Assembly (NCBI GenBank): GCA_963792235.1
Contig: CAWBVR010000005.1
Span: 70,980-134,979 of the forward strand
Reading direction: 5' to 3'
DNA from: Vulcanimicrobiota bacterium
GTDB lineage: Bacteria; Vulcanimicrobiota; Vulcanimicrobiia; Vulcanimicrobiales; Vulcanimicrobiaceae
DNA: 64,000 nucleotides
Each line of letters opens with the position of its first letter. The first letter of the stretch is position 1. The notes under the pieces were generated by a model. It did not search any database, was not told the origin of the DNA, and saw only the letters and a program-made list of their open reading frames with translations. A program made the position numbers and the translations under genes. Below, one piece after another: positions 19,014 to 28,745 of the stretch.

Positions 19014-20855
19014 ATGGAGTTCATGGCTGCTGAGACGGCGGAGCTGCGGGAGGCGCTCGAGCGCTGGTTCGGGTTCCCCAGCTTCCGTCCGTCGCAAGAG
19101 GCGATCGTCCGCGACGTGCTCGCGGGGCGCGACGTGTTCGCGCTGCTGCCGACGGGCGGCGGCAAGTCGCTGTGCTACCAGCTGCCCGCGGTGCTGACCG
19201 ACGGCCTCACCGTCGTGATCTCGCCGCTGATCGCGTTGATGAAAGACCAGGTCGACGCGCTCGACACCGCCGGCGTCGGCGCCACCGCGCTGAACTCGTC
19301 GCTGGAGTGGCCGGAGCTGCGGCGCCGCCTCGACGGCCTGGAACGCGGCGCGTACAAGCTGCTGTACGTCGCGCCCGAGCGCCTTACGCTCCCCGGCTTC
19401 GCCGACGATCTGGAGCGGTGGAACGTCGCGCGCTTCATCGTGGACGAGGCGCACTGTATCAGCGAGTGGGGCCACGACTTCCGTCCCGAGTACCGCCGCA
19501 TTGCCCCGCTGCGCGAGCGATTCCCCGGCGTGCCGTTCTGCGCGTTCACCGCAACGGCGACCGCGCGCGTGCGGGACGACGTCGTCGCGCAGCTCGGGCT
19601 CGTGCGGCCCGCCGTACACATCGCGTCGTTCGACCGCGCCAACCTGACGTACCGCGTGCTGCACGCGCCGCGCACGGTGGAGGCGCTGGTGAAGTGGCTG
19701 CGCGCGCGGCCGGACGACGAGGCGGGCATCGTGTACGCCGGGAGCCGGGCGAACACCGAGAAGCTCGCGGACGCGTTGTCGTCGGCCGGAATTCCGGCGC
19801 TGGCGTATCACGCCGGGCTCGACTCCGCTACGCGCGGCAAGCGCCAGGAGGCGTTCATCCGCGACGACGTGCGGGTGATGTGCGCGACGATCGCCTTCGG
19901 GATGGGGATCGACAAGTCCAACGTGCGGTTCGTGGTGCACTGGGACGTGCCGCGCAGCCTCGAAGGCTACTACCAAGAGACCGGCCGCGCCGGGCGTGAC
20001 GGCTTGCCGGCCGAGTGCGCCTGGTTCTTCGCGTACGGCGACATCGCGCGCATCGAACGGTTCATTACGGAGAAGCCGCCCGGCGAGCAGCCGGCGGCGC
20101 GCGCGCAGCTCGAGCGCATCAAGGCGTTCGCGTACTCGAACGGCTGCCGCCGGCGGGAGCTGCTCGCGTATTTCGGCGAGACCTACCCGCACGACCGGTG
20201 CGACGGCTGCGACAACTGCTTGGCGCCGCGCGCATCGTACGACGCGACGACCGACGCGCAGAAGCTCTTGTCGTGTGTCTATCGCGTGCGCGAATCCCAT
20301 GGGTACGGTGTCGGGATCGCGCACATCATCGACGTCCTGGTCGGGGCCAAGACGGAGAAGATCGAGCGCTGGTACCACGAGCGGCTCTCGACCTACGGGA
20401 TCGGCAAGGACCGCGACCGGCGCGCCTGGCGCCACCTCGCCGACGAGCTGCTGCGACTTGGGCTGATCGCGCAAGACGCGGCACACCACAACGTGGTCGG
20501 GCTGACCGAGGCCGGGCGGCGTGCGCTCGTGGAGCGTACGCCCGTGGTCGTCCGCGAGGCAGTCGCGGTCTCGGCGGTGCCGAGCCGGCGGACGCGGACC
20601 GCCGCCGCGGTGGACGACGAGGACTACGACCGGACCATTTTCGCGGCGCTGCGGGCGCTGCGGCGGGAGATCGCGGCCGAGCGGGACGTCCCTCCGTATG
20701 TCGTGTTCAGCGACGCCGTCCTGCGCGCGATGGCGCGCGAGCTCCCGCGCACCCCGGCGCAGCTTCGGGCCATCAGCGGGGTAGGGGAGAAGAAGCTGGC
20801 GGACTTCGGCGCGCAGTTCCTGGCCGCTATCGCTGAGAGCGCGATGAGAGGTTAG
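19014..20855 (+). CDS. recQ: ATP-dependent DNA helicase RecQ
   Basis: PTGGGKSLCYQ, VDEAHCISEWGHDFRPEY, ATIAFGMGID, QETGRAGRDG, Zn site CRR...CDGCDNC, RQC and HRDC domains. Confidence 0.96.
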   Translation: MEFMAAETAELREALERWFGFPSFRPSQEAIVRDVLAGRDVFALLPTGGGKSLCYQLPAVLTDGLTVVISPLIALMKDQVDALDTAGVGATALNSSLEWPELRRRLDGLERGAYKLLYVAPERLTLPGFADDLERWNVARFIVDEAHCISEWGHDFRPEYRRIAPLRERFPGVPFCAFTATATARVRDDVVAQLGLVRPAVHIASFDRANLTYRVLHAPRTVEALVKWLRARPDDEAGIVYAGSRANTEKLADALSSAGIPALAYHAGLDSATRGKRQEAFIRDDVRVMCATIAFGMGIDKSNVRFVVHWDVPRSLEGYYQETGRAGRDGLPAECAWFFAYGDIARIERFITEKPPGEQPAARAQLERIKAFAYSNGCRRRELLAYFGETYPHDRCDGCDNCLAPRASYDATTDAQKLLSCVYRVRESHGYGVGIAHIIDVLVGAKTEKIERWYHERLSTYGIGKDRDRRAWRHLADELLRLGLIAQDAAHHNVVGLTEAGRRALVERTPVVVREAVAVSAVPSRRTRTAAAVDDEDYDRTIFAALRALRREIAAERDVPPYVVFSDAVLRAMARELPRTPAQLRAISGVGEKKLADFGAQFLAAIAESAMRG

Positions 20856-20913
20856 GCCGCGCGCTGGCGTTCTCAGACGTAGCACAGACCCCGATGCCAG
20901 GATTTCGCACGAT

Positions 20914-23900
20914 ATGAGCAGGGCACCCAGCCGCTGGTCCGCGTCCGCATTAGTCCTTGCGCTGCTCCTCGGGATGATCGGAACGATCGCCCCGGCCGCC
21001 GCGCAGAGCTCGAGCGATACCGGCATCATCCAGATCACCGTCAAGGACGCCGCGGCGCAGCAAGCGCTGGCGGACGCGCGCGTCTTTCTCATCGGTCCCA
21101 CCGTCGCGAGCGCGCTCACGACCAAAAGCGGGATCGTCAAGTACACCGACGTGCCCAGCGGCATCTACCGCGTGCGCATCTCGAAGAGCGGCTTTACCGG
21201 CGTGACATCGGCGGCGTTCGAGGTGCTCGGCAACAAGCAAGTGGCGGTGGACGTCGACCTCGGCGTGCAGAAGCAGGCCGCGCCCACGACCAGCTCCAGC
21301 GACACCGGCGGCCTCAAAGTGATCGGCACCGTGCGCGCGCGCGTCACCGTCGTCACCACCGACGTCGACGACTCCAGCGCGGTGCGCCGCATCTCCGACT
21401 CACTCACCGACGCATTGTCGACCATCGGCGGCGTCGACGTGACGCAGGATTCCAACGACCCGAATTCGCCGCAGACGATCTCGCTGCGCGGCCATGACGA
21501 GTCGCAGACCGCGGTGACGCTCGACGGCATCCCGCTGGGCGCGCCCGGCGCGGCGACCAACTTGCGCTCGATCAACAGCGATCTGTTCTCAGGCGCAAGC
21601 GCGAACTTCGGCGCGCAAGCCGGTGCGCTGGGCGGCTCGGTCAACTTCCGCACGCTGCAGCCCACCCAGACGTGGCAGACGAAGTTCGCGACGTCGTACG
21701 GCACGTTCGACCGCTACAACTACCAGATCGGCGAGACCGGCTCGATCGGCAAGCTGGGCATCGCGCTGCTGCACACCAAGCGCGCGGGCAACAGCCCGCT
21801 GACGTTCCAGCAGTATCTCGACCAGAGCGGGCTCGACTACGCACACGGCGGCGAGAACGCCAACATCGGCGACTTCGTGAAGCTGCGCTACGGCCTCACC
21901 GATCGCACGACGCTGATGGTCACCGCGCTGCAGAACAATCAGGCGAACTCCGCGCTGTGCACGCAGTTCGTGACGCCGCTGCCGTGCGGCATCGGACCCG
22001 ACAACGGCAACAGCGGCAAGTTCCAGTTCGCCTACGGTACCGTGCAGTCGCTCATCGGCGACACGGCGATCACGCTGACCGGTTACGTCAACTCGAACCG
22101 CTCGCTCGCGGACGATCTCAACCGTTACATTTACATCACGTGCCCGGCCACGGCGCCGCCCGGCTGCACGCCGGGCCCGCAGCTCACCCCGTTTTCGTCG
22201 CAGAGTGGCAGTTTGGCGCGCGGCCTTGCCGCGAGCGCGACGCTCACGCGCGACAAGCACACCTTCACGCTCTCGGGTTCGACGTATGCCGGGATCACCA
22301 CGTCGACGCCGCTCGTGCTGAGCGGCACGAGCGCGCTGTTCGTGCGGCCCTCGACGTTCGGGACCGCCTCGCGCCAAGTCCAGTTCTCCGATCAGTTCAA
22401 GGTCAACGACAAGCTCACACTGGGGCCGAACGTCTCGTATGCCGGCACCACGGGCGCGGGCTCGTCGCTGCTGGGCGGCTTCAGCGCGAGCTGGCGGCCC
22501 ACCAACGCCGACAGTTACAGCGCGTCGGTTTCGGTGGGGAGTTCGCAGGCCGCGAACGGCATCGTGCGCTCGTTCAGCGATCCGAACTCCGCGCGGGTGA
22601 ACTGCTTTGCGAACACCGCGCAGGTGAGCGGCCCCGGCGATCAGCCGACCCATCAGTCGGCGCTGAGCTACGACGCCTCGTGGACGCACGTGTGGTCGCA
22701 CGGGCAGTTCTCGCTCAGCGCGTACCGCCAGAATCAGGCCGGTCAGCTCGTCAACGCGCAGGTCACCGCCGCGAGCCTGGGCTTGTTCCCCGGCGATCCG
22801 TACTTCGATGCGGTCACGGGCTACTACGGCCAAGTGTGTCCGGGCTTCGCGACGCCGACGGCAAACTCGCTGTACGTGTCGCAGCTCATCGGCGGCACGA
22901 CGCGCGTCTACCAGGGCTTCAGCGCCACCGCACGCGTGGGTATCGGCAAGAACGTCGTCGTGATCCCGTCCTACACCACCAGTTCCGCGATGGTCACCGC
23001 GGCCGACCCGCGCTTTACCGGGCTCGACAGCACGCTGATCCTCAACTCGCAAATCCCAGGCCGCCCGCTCCACACCGGCAACCTGACGATCGACGCCCTG
23101 CAGCCGTGGAGCGGCATCGAGTTCCTTGCCAACGCGCGCTACGTCGGGCCCAACAACAACCAGCGGTTGGCGCCGTTCACGCTCGTGAACGCCGGCTTGT
23201 CGCGCGCCCTGGGCATGGGGCGCATCACGCTGTTCGCGTCGAACCTGTTCAACACCGAGAGCGGCTCCTTCTCGACGCTGCAGTACGCGCAGCCGATCCC
23301 GCTCAGCGGCGGCGGCACGCTGCTCCAGGCCGCGAACCCCAACGCGCCGCGCAGCTACACCGTGTCGTACTCGTTCAACACCGGCGCACGGCCGGGCGCG
23401 GGGCTCTCGCGCGGCGCGGCAGGCGGGCGCGGCGGGCAGACCGTCGGTGCAACCGGCGCGGCGGGCGCGCAAGGCCAGCCGCGCGGCGGGCTCGGCTTCG
23501 GGCGGCTGCAGTTCATCGCGCCGCCGCCGGGCGTCGACCCGCTGAGCATCGCGGCGCAGCGCACCGAATGCACGGCCGATCTGAAGCCCGAGGCGCAGAA
23601 AGTGCTCGGTCAGATCGGCGCCGCGGCCGCGGCGTACGCCGCGGGCCAGACGACGCTGCCCGCTGTGGAAGGCCTCAGTGTCACCCCGCACGGCGATCCA
23701 AAGGGCACGTGGTACCTCGGCCTCGGGCCGAACATCCCGCAAAGCGTTATCGACAAGCTTCGCGCGGCGCGGCCGAATACCGGCGCTGCCGGAGGCGCCC
23801 GCCCGCCCGGCGGCCCGGGTGGTCCTGAAGGCGGCCCCGGCGGCCCCCCGCCCGGCGGCTTCCAGGAGCGCGTGACCGCGCAGTCGGCCGCTTCGACCGA

Positions 23901-24267
23901 CCAGCGCGCGCAGTTCACGCTGCCGCCGGAGTTGATCGCCGCCCTGCTGCCGCTGCGCGCCGTGTCCCAATGCGCCTACGGCACCGTGCTCACCACGACC
24001 GAAGCCAAGGCGAAGGGATACGAGGTCGAGGCAGGCGTTCAAGTCGCCGTGACCCGGCCGTCGCCGGGTCCGTCCGCCGCTCCCGGAGCACGCGCCGGCG
24101 CCACTCCAGGGGCCGCGGCATCGCCGGCGCCGGGTGAGAGCCCGCGTCCGGGCGGCCAAGGCCGCGGCCGGTCCGGCGGCGCCGCGCTCTACTACGCCCC
24201 CAACCTGGGACTGTTCGTCGTGCGGCCGCCGGATCTCGGAACCGGCGGGGGCAGCGTCAAACCGTAG
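20914..24267 (+). CDS. TonB-dependent receptor-like outer membrane protein with long C-terminal extension
   Basis: Signal peptide, carboxypeptidase-regulatory-like domain, plug (ISLRGHD...VTLDGIPL, LGGSVNF), barrel end NLFN...PRSYTVSYSF. Confidence 0.8.
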   Translation: MSRAPSRWSASALVLALLLGMIGTIAPAAAQSSSDTGIIQITVKDAAAQQALADARVFLIGPTVASALTTKSGIVKYTDVPSGIYRVRISKSGFTGVTSAAFEVLGNKQVAVDVDLGVQKQAAPTTSSSDTGGLKVIGTVRARVTVVTTDVDDSSAVRRISDSLTDALSTIGGVDVTQDSNDPNSPQTISLRGHDESQTAVTLDGIPLGAPGAATNLRSINSDLFSGASANFGAQAGALGGSVNFRTLQPTQTWQTKFATSYGTFDRYNYQIGETGSIGKLGIALLHTKRAGNSPLTFQQYLDQSGLDYAHGGENANIGDFVKLRYGLTDRTTLMVTALQNNQANSALCTQFVTPLPCGIGPDNGNSGKFQFAYGTVQSLIGDTAITLTGYVNSNRSLADDLNRYIYITCPATAPPGCTPGPQLTPFSSQSGSLARGLAASATLTRDKHTFTLSGSTYAGITTSTPLVLSGTSALFVRPSTFGTASRQVQFSDQFKVNDKLTLGPNVSYAGTTGAGSSLLGGFSASWRPTNADSYSASVSVGSSQAANGIVRSFSDPNSARVNCFANTAQVSGPGDQPTHQSALSYDASWTHVWSHGQFSLSAYRQNQAGQLVNAQVTAASLGLFPGDPYFDAVTGYYGQVCPGFATPTANSLYVSQLIGGTTRVYQGFSATARVGIGKNVVVIPSYTTSSAMVTAADPRFTGLDSTLILNSQIPGRPLHTGNLTIDALQPWSGIEFLANARYVGPNNNQRLAPFTLVNAGLSRALGMGRITLFASNLFNTESGSFSTLQYAQPIPLSGGGTLLQAANPNAPRSYTVSYSFNTGARPGAGLSRGAAGGRGGQTVGATGAAGAQGQPRGGLGFGRLQFIAPPPGVDPLSIAAQRTECTADLKPEAQKVLGQIGAAAAAYAAGQTTLPAVEGLSVTPHGDPKGTWYLGLGPNIPQSVIDKLRAARPNTGAAGGARPPGGPGGPEGGPGGPPPGGFQERVTAQSAASTDQRAQFTLPPELIAALLPLRAVSQCAYGTVLTTTEAKAKGYEVEAGVQVAVTRPSPGPSAAPGARAGATPGAAASPAPGESPRPGGQGRGRSGGAALYYAPNLGLFVVRPPDLGTGGGSVKP

Positions 24268-24271
24268 CGCT

Positions 24272-24955
24272 ATGGCAGCAGCAACACACCGGGTCGTCGT
24301 GATCGACGACGAGCGCCACCTCCGCGAGCTGCTCGAGCTGGGCCTCGCGGAGGACGGCTTCGAGGTGCGCAGCGCGCCTGACGGCCGCACCGGCCTGCAG
24401 CTCGTGCGCGACTGGCGGCCCGACGCGATCGTGCTCGACGTGATGCTGCCGTTCATCGACGGCCTGGAACTGCTGCCGATGCTGCGCCGCATCACCGAGG
24501 CGCCGATCCTGATGCTCAGCGCGAAAGCAGATACGGACGACCGCATCACCGGCCTGCGGCGCGGCGCCGACGACTACATCCCCAAGCCGTTCGAGATGTC
24601 GGAGCTCGTCGCGCGGCTGTACTCCGCGCTGCGCCGGCCGCGGCTCGAGCAGCCGTCGATCGTGTCGTACGCCGATCTCACGATCGACCTCGACCGCCGC
24701 GACGTGAAGCGCGGCGAGCAGCGCATCGAGCTGTCTGCGCGAGAGTACGCGCTCCTGCTCACCTTCGTGCGCAACCCCGAGCGCGTGTTCACGCGCGACC
24801 AGCTGCTCGACCTCGTGTGGGGCACCGACCGCGACGTCGGCCCCGGCGCCGTCGAGACGTACGTGTCGTACCTGCGCGCCAAGATCGACGCCGGCTTCGA
24901 GCCCAAGCTGATCCGCACCATCCGCGGCGCAGGCTACGCGCTGCGGGTTCACTAA
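24272..24955 (+). CDS. OmpR-family response regulator (MprA-like)
   Basis: VIDDE, VLDVMLP, GADDYIPKPF, winged helix ...IRTIRGAGY. Confidence 0.95.
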   Translation: MAAATHRVVVIDDERHLRELLELGLAEDGFEVRSAPDGRTGLQLVRDWRPDAIVLDVMLPFIDGLELLPMLRRITEAPILMLSAKADTDDRITGLRRGADDYIPKPFEMSELVARLYSALRRPRLEQPSIVSYADLTIDLDRRDVKRGEQRIELSAREYALLLTFVRNPERVFTRDQLLDLVWGTDRDVGPGAVETYVSYLRAKIDAGFEPKLIRTIRGAGYALRVH

Positions 24956-25027
24956 GTGGGTTCGCTGATGCGAACCCTCGCGTTCGGCCTGCGGCCGATC
25001 CGCCAGTCGCTCTAACGAGCGCCTGCG

Positions 25028-26467
25028 ATGTTCACGAGCTTCGCGCGGCGGCTGACGTCCTGGTACGTCGCAGCCGCCGTGGCGCTGGTGTTCGCGATCG
25101 CCCTTGCGTTCGCGTCGCTGGCAATGTCGTTCTACGCGCACATCGTGAGCGATGGAATCAGCGACGGCGCGCGCGAGGCAGCCGCCTTCGGCGCGCGGGC
25201 GGCGATCCGGCATCAGTCGTTCGAGAGCGCCGCGATCGAGCTCGAGAAGCGCGATCACCGCACCGGCGTGCGCATGTATGCGATGCGGCGCCCCGACCAC
25301 GACGGAGCGCGCGGGAGACCGGACGCCGCGCCGATACCGAGCACCGTCGTGGACGGCCGCGTCGTGCATCAGGACGTTCGCACGCTGCGCTTCGCAGGGC
25401 CGCGGCTGGGTTTGGCGCTGTCGACGGCGTTGGGCACGCGGCCGCAGCACATCGAGTTCTTGAACGGCGACCTGCAGCTCGCGGCGGCGACCGAAGACTT
25501 CCAGCGCATCGCGCTATGGCTGCTCGCGGGCATCGTGCTCGTCAGCGGCGCAGCGGGCGTGCTCGCGTGGCTGGGCGGGCGCTACATCACCCAGCAGGTG
25601 CTGCGCCCGCTCATCGACGTTACGCACGCGCTGCAGCGCTTCGCCGCACGCGACTTCCGGCCGCAGGCCATCGCCGTCGCCGGCAAAAGCGAGTTCGACG
25701 CGATCGCGCTGGCATACAACGCCGCGGCCTCGCAGGTCGCGTCCGCGTTCGCGGAGCGCCAGCAGGCCGAGACGCAGATGCGGCAGTTCGTCGCCGACGC
25801 GGGGCACGAACTGCGCACGCCGCTCACGATCGTGCTGGGCTACATCGACCTGCTGCGGCGCCGCGCCGACGCGGGCGACGAGCGCTCGCGGCGCATCTTC
25901 ACGTCGATCGGCATCGAAGGCGCGCGGATGCGCACGCTTATCGACAACCTCGTGCTGCTCGCGCGCATGGAAGGCGCCGACGTGCGCCCCCCCGAGCCGT
26001 TCGAGCTGTGCCCGCTGCTCGAGGAGATCGTCGACGCGCGGCGGCTGCTGCACCCCGGTTTGCCGATGTCGCTCGACTGCATGGTCGACGCGACGATCAT
26101 CGGCAACCTCGAAGAGATCCACGAAGCGATCGCAAACGTCGTCGATAACGCGATCAAGTACGCGCCTGGCGCCCCGATCCGCATCGTCGCCGATGCGTTC
26201 GACGGCGGTGTCGAGGTTACGATCGCCGACCGCGGCCCCGGCGTCCCGCCCGACGACCGCGAGCTGATCTTCGACCGCTTCTACCGCGGCTCGACGCGCG
26301 GCGACGTGGAAGGTTCCGGGCTTGGGCTCGCGATCGCCAAGCGGGCGGTCGAGCGCGCCGGCGGCATGCTGGTGCTCGGCGACTCGTCCGCCGCCGGCAC
26401 GACGTTCGCATTGCGGCTGCGCGCCGACCGGGTGCGGAGACGGGAAGCGCGTCCGACGGGCGTTTGA
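25028..26467 (+). CDS. HAMP-domain sensor histidine kinase
   Basis: Two TMs, H-box ADAGHELRTPL, N-box NAIKY, DRGPG, GSGLGLAI. Confidence 0.95.
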   Translation: MFTSFARRLTSWYVAAAVALVFAIALAFASLAMSFYAHIVSDGISDGAREAAAFGARAAIRHQSFESAAIELEKRDHRTGVRMYAMRRPDHDGARGRPDAAPIPSTVVDGRVVHQDVRTLRFAGPRLGLALSTALGTRPQHIEFLNGDLQLAAATEDFQRIALWLLAGIVLVSGAAGVLAWLGGRYITQQVLRPLIDVTHALQRFAARDFRPQAIAVAGKSEFDAIALAYNAAASQVASAFAERQQAETQMRQFVADAGHELRTPLTIVLGYIDLLRRRADAGDERSRRIFTSIGIEGARMRTLIDNLVLLARMEGADVRPPEPFELCPLLEEIVDARRLLHPGLPMSLDCMVDATIIGNLEEIHEAIANVVDNAIKYAPGAPIRIVADAFDGGVEVTIADRGPGVPPDDRELIFDRFYRGSTRGDVEGSGLGLAIAKRAVERAGGMLVLGDSSAAGTTFALRLRADRVRRREARPTGV

Positions 26468-26549
26468 TTCGCCGCCCTAGGGAGTACCGCGCAAGCCAAC
26501 CGACCCCTCGACCCGCGTGCCGCTTCGCCGATACGGGCACAATGTTTTC

Positions 26550-27197
26550 ATGAGTGACCTCGGAACGACCCAAGACACAGCGATCCGTTACGATTCGTCC
26601 GCGCAAGGTGGGACCGGCGAGAACGAACGGCACTCGATCCAAACCTACGTCAGCGACATGCTGGCGTTGGAACGCCACATCGCGCAGCCGCTGCAGCGGC
26701 AACTCGACTTGGAAGACACCAAGAAATTTCCCGGCGCGCTGGCGGTGATTACCAGCCTCAAATCGCTCACCGACTCGCATATCACCGCGCTCGAGCAATG
26801 CCTCGAGCAGCTCGGCGGCCACGAAGCAAGCCCGATCAAGTCGGCGGTTAGCAGCCTGCTCGGCGTCGGCGCCGCAGCGATCGACAGCGTGCGCAAGACC
26901 AAGGTCTCCAAGAACTTGCGCGACGACTACACGGCGCTGAGCCTCGCGACGATCAGCTACACGATGCTCTACGCCACGACGGTCGGACTCGGCGATACCG
27001 CGACCGCCGACCTCGCGAAGCGCCACCTCGCGGACTACGCGCAGACCGTGATGACGATCAACCAAGTGATCCCGGAGGTCGTCCTGACCGAGCTGCAGAT
27101 CGACGGCCAGAACGTCCAAGCGGGCGCCGGCGACCTCATTCGCCAGACCACCAACGAGATCTGGAAGAACCAGAGCGGCAACGTCACCGGCGGCTGA
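26550..27197 (+). CDS. Ferritin-like protein (DUF892/YciE-YciF-like)
   Basis: DMLALERH, HITALE..LEQLGG, KNLRDDY helical-bundle pattern. Confidence 0.7.
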   Translation: MSDLGTTQDTAIRYDSSAQGGTGENERHSIQTYVSDMLALERHIAQPLQRQLDLEDTKKFPGALAVITSLKSLTDSHITALEQCLEQLGGHEASPIKSAVSSLLGVGAAAIDSVRKTKVSKNLRDDYTALSLATISYTMLYATTVGLGDTATADLAKRHLADYAQTVMTINQVIPEVVLTELQIDGQNVQAGAGDLIRQTTNEIWKNQSGNVTGG

Positions 27198-27227
27198 TCC
27201 GCGTCCCCGCTGAGCGCGGTCCATCCG

Positions 27228-27356
27228 TTACGGCGTGTGGATCGCGCTTTCGCGTCGTCCTTGGGCGGCGGTGACCATCTCGCGGATGCGCGGGTGGTCG
27301 ACGGCCTGCGTCTTCATCCACGCCTCGACATCGGGTACGGGCGCCCCGGTGCGGAA
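27228..27356 (-). pseudogene. Displaced 3' end of the tag glycosylase gene (attachment-site duplicate)
   Basis: FRTGAPVPDVEAWMKTQAVDHPRIREMV... matches the C-terminus of 32191-32718 at 24/28 aa. Confidence 0.85.
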
Positions 27357-27784
27357 ATTATGTGAGAGTTGTTGGGTGGGGTAACGGCTCGTTCGGTGGT
27401 TTTCCACAAGTCGGCATGTTGCTTCGAAGGCTCTCGCTCGGTGAGCGCGCCGATCCGAGCGGGTTAGAGCCACTGGAACGCATTGCCGAAGAGCAGGCTC
27501 GCTATCACGGCGAAAGGTGATGTCTCTGAGGTATTTGTGGAGATTCTCGCTGCGTGACAGGTTGGGCTCTGAAGCCGCAACGCGCGTAGTAGCTAACTGC
27601 TCTCAGGGAGCGCCGGAAATCGTGCTGATCGCGAAGACGCTGCGGCGAATTTGAAATCTTCCGACGTGTTGTCGTCGAGTCGGAGAATTGCGGCGGTCTA
27701 ATATGCGGCGCGTAATCCGCCGCCTTCCGCGGCCACGATTCGCATCTGGCACGGCGCCTTCGCGACGCAATTGTGCGTGTCGTG

Positions 27785-28745
27785 CTATGTCCTGATCGAG
27801 TCATCTAACGCCGTCAACGCCGGCGGTGGGCTTCCGTACGTTGCACCGTCGATCTCGTGGTTGTCGTTCCAGTTCGAGAAGATCAGAGCGAGCGCCACTG
27901 GAAGCAACGAGAATGAAGGCCAGCGTGGAGGCGCGGCCAGGCAATGAACAGTCGCGATCCCCACAGCGGCCAAAAGCTCATGGCAACGTAGACGATCGCT
28001 CACGTGGTCAGCGTCCGCGGAAACGCGGTGGGCCACGCACCGTCGCTGCGAAAATGACAACGCGGCGACGGTGAGGCCGATTCGTAGACGAGTCTTCGAG
28101 CAGCGAGATGCCGGTGCACGCCGGCGGCGGCAGCGCGCCATCCTGTTGGCGGGACGATCCGCTTTGCTGGGGGGCGGCGGTGCGCGCCGTGAATGGGATG
28201 TACAGCAAAATGGCGATCGCCAGAACATTGAGCAGGGTGGCTACGTCGACGTTCCACGTCCCGATCGCGAGCGTGGGATTGCCCGTTACGAGCCCGATGC
28301 TGCTGAGCATCTTGAGCAGCGCAAACCAGAGCGGCAACACCGACGTCAGCGCCGCGGGGACGCGCCTTCCGTCTCGACAATCGATGGTAGCGCCGAATTC
28401 GTCAACGAGCTCGACGCGGCGATCCAAATGCATACTGCGCAGTACGCCAACGACAGAGCCATGAAGAGGAACTTGACGAGTGCGTGCGGCCAGTCTGCAT
28501 TTCCGTCGAAGAACGTGCCGAGGCTGAACTTTCCGAGCTCAGCACCCTGCGCCGTGCGGGGAATCGCGACGTTGAGGATGACGACGGCGACGAATGCGTA
28601 CGCGCAGATCCAAACGTCCCCTAATGTCAGGAGAAGCTTCGCTTGAAAGACTCGTAGCCGCTCGTACCATGGCGTCTTCCTGAACGCCGTCTGCAGGTCA
28701 CGAAAGCGCGCTCTGAGTTTCCCGGGCGAAGATTGGGTATCTCAT
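27785..28745 (-). pseudogene. Fragmented multi-TM membrane protein (possibly the N-terminal part of a patatin-associated membrane protein)
   Basis: ATGA overlap with the upstream gene; successive hydrophobic segments in different frames (VWICAYAFVAVVILNV; LFMALSLAYCAVCIWI; LLNVLAIAILLYIP; LLPVALALIFSNWNDNHEI). Confidence 0.45.

Noticed and set aside
27341-27368. dif/Xer site at the island's left junction (GGTGCG...TTATGT)
   Set aside because: Only a partial XerD-like arm; spacing and XerC arm do not fit the 11-6-11 layout, and GGTGCG is part of tag codons
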